Source: Octopus bimaculoides (Eukaryota). From it: a stretch of DNA of 64,000 nucleotides. A program made the translations under genes and the position numbers. This document shows positions 63,628-64,000 of this stretch, in pieces. The stretch lies in NCBI RefSeq assembly GCF_001194135.2, contig NC_068983.1, forward strand, positions 103,013,169-103,077,168. Direction: 5' to 3'. Below the pieces are notes generated by a model, which had not been told where the DNA came from, ran no database searches, and saw only the letters and a list, made by a program, of their open reading frames with translations. Position 1 is the stretch's first letter, and each line of letters opens with the position of its first letter.

Positions 63628-64000
63628 GTTCAGTAGTTTTATTTTTATAACGTGCTTTCACTTCACTACCGAGTGCAGCTCTGTGCGCCTTGGGTATGTG
63701 CTGTAGTTTGCTGTGGTGCTCTTATGGTTACTGTATTGAAAGTGTTTTGCGTAGGATGTGTGCTGTGCCCAGTAGTGCAATTTTCTGTATGTTATATATA
63801 TTTGTAAGTCCTGGTGTTTTTGTTATGTATTTGTCTGAATATTTTTTTATTATACCTATGGCACCTACTATGATAGGAATTGTTTCTGTTTTTAGATTCC
63901 ACATTCGAGTTACCTCTATTTCCAGGTCTTTGTATTTTGAAAGTTTTTCCATTTCTTTTAGAGAGATGTTGTTATCTGCTGGTATTGATACATCAATTAG
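63628..64000 (-). mobile_element. 3' end of an R4/Dong-type non-LTR retrotransposon (REL endonuclease); continues beyond the window
   Basis: Open frame from 64000 to stop 63728: LIDVSIPADNNISLKEMEKLSKYKDLE...WNLKTETIPIIVGAIG...LLGTAHILRK. About 100-nt 3'UTR followed by (AAT)n. Confidence 0.8.

Overview
AT-rich, microsatellite- and repeat-dense eukaryotic DNA with many N gaps. The repeat families look cephalopod, most likely an Octopus short-read scaffold (inference). Two host genes are supported and they diverge. (1) A syntaxin-5 with a single uninterrupted CDS (+, 50454-51371, 305 aa). (2) The first three coding exons of RALGAPB (-, 34215-34021, 33164-32966, 30922-30758; phases 0/1/1, about 186 aa); no further conserved RALGAPB exon was found in the remaining 30 kb. 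A CpG-retaining zone (about 47.6-51.4 kb) lies between and over the two 5' ends and is a candidate bidirectional promoter. The rest is mostly transposon-derived: a decayed mariner, an IR/DR-type Tc1 with an open DD34E domain, a heavily decayed Ty3/Gypsy broken up by SINEs, RTE, L2 and R4/Dong-type LINE fragments, several tRNA-derived SINE families, a TTAA-flanked piggyBac-like MITE family, a 40-bp-TIR MITE and a 310-bp palindrome. The most notable observations are the intronless CDS (possibly a retrogene) of syntaxin-5 with candidate UTR-only introns, a flip in SINE orientation across the promoter zone, and a candidate 21-nt RALGAPB microexon. No CRISPR array, rRNA or genuine tRNA gene was found. 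All calls come from reading the sequence by eye; no database search was run.
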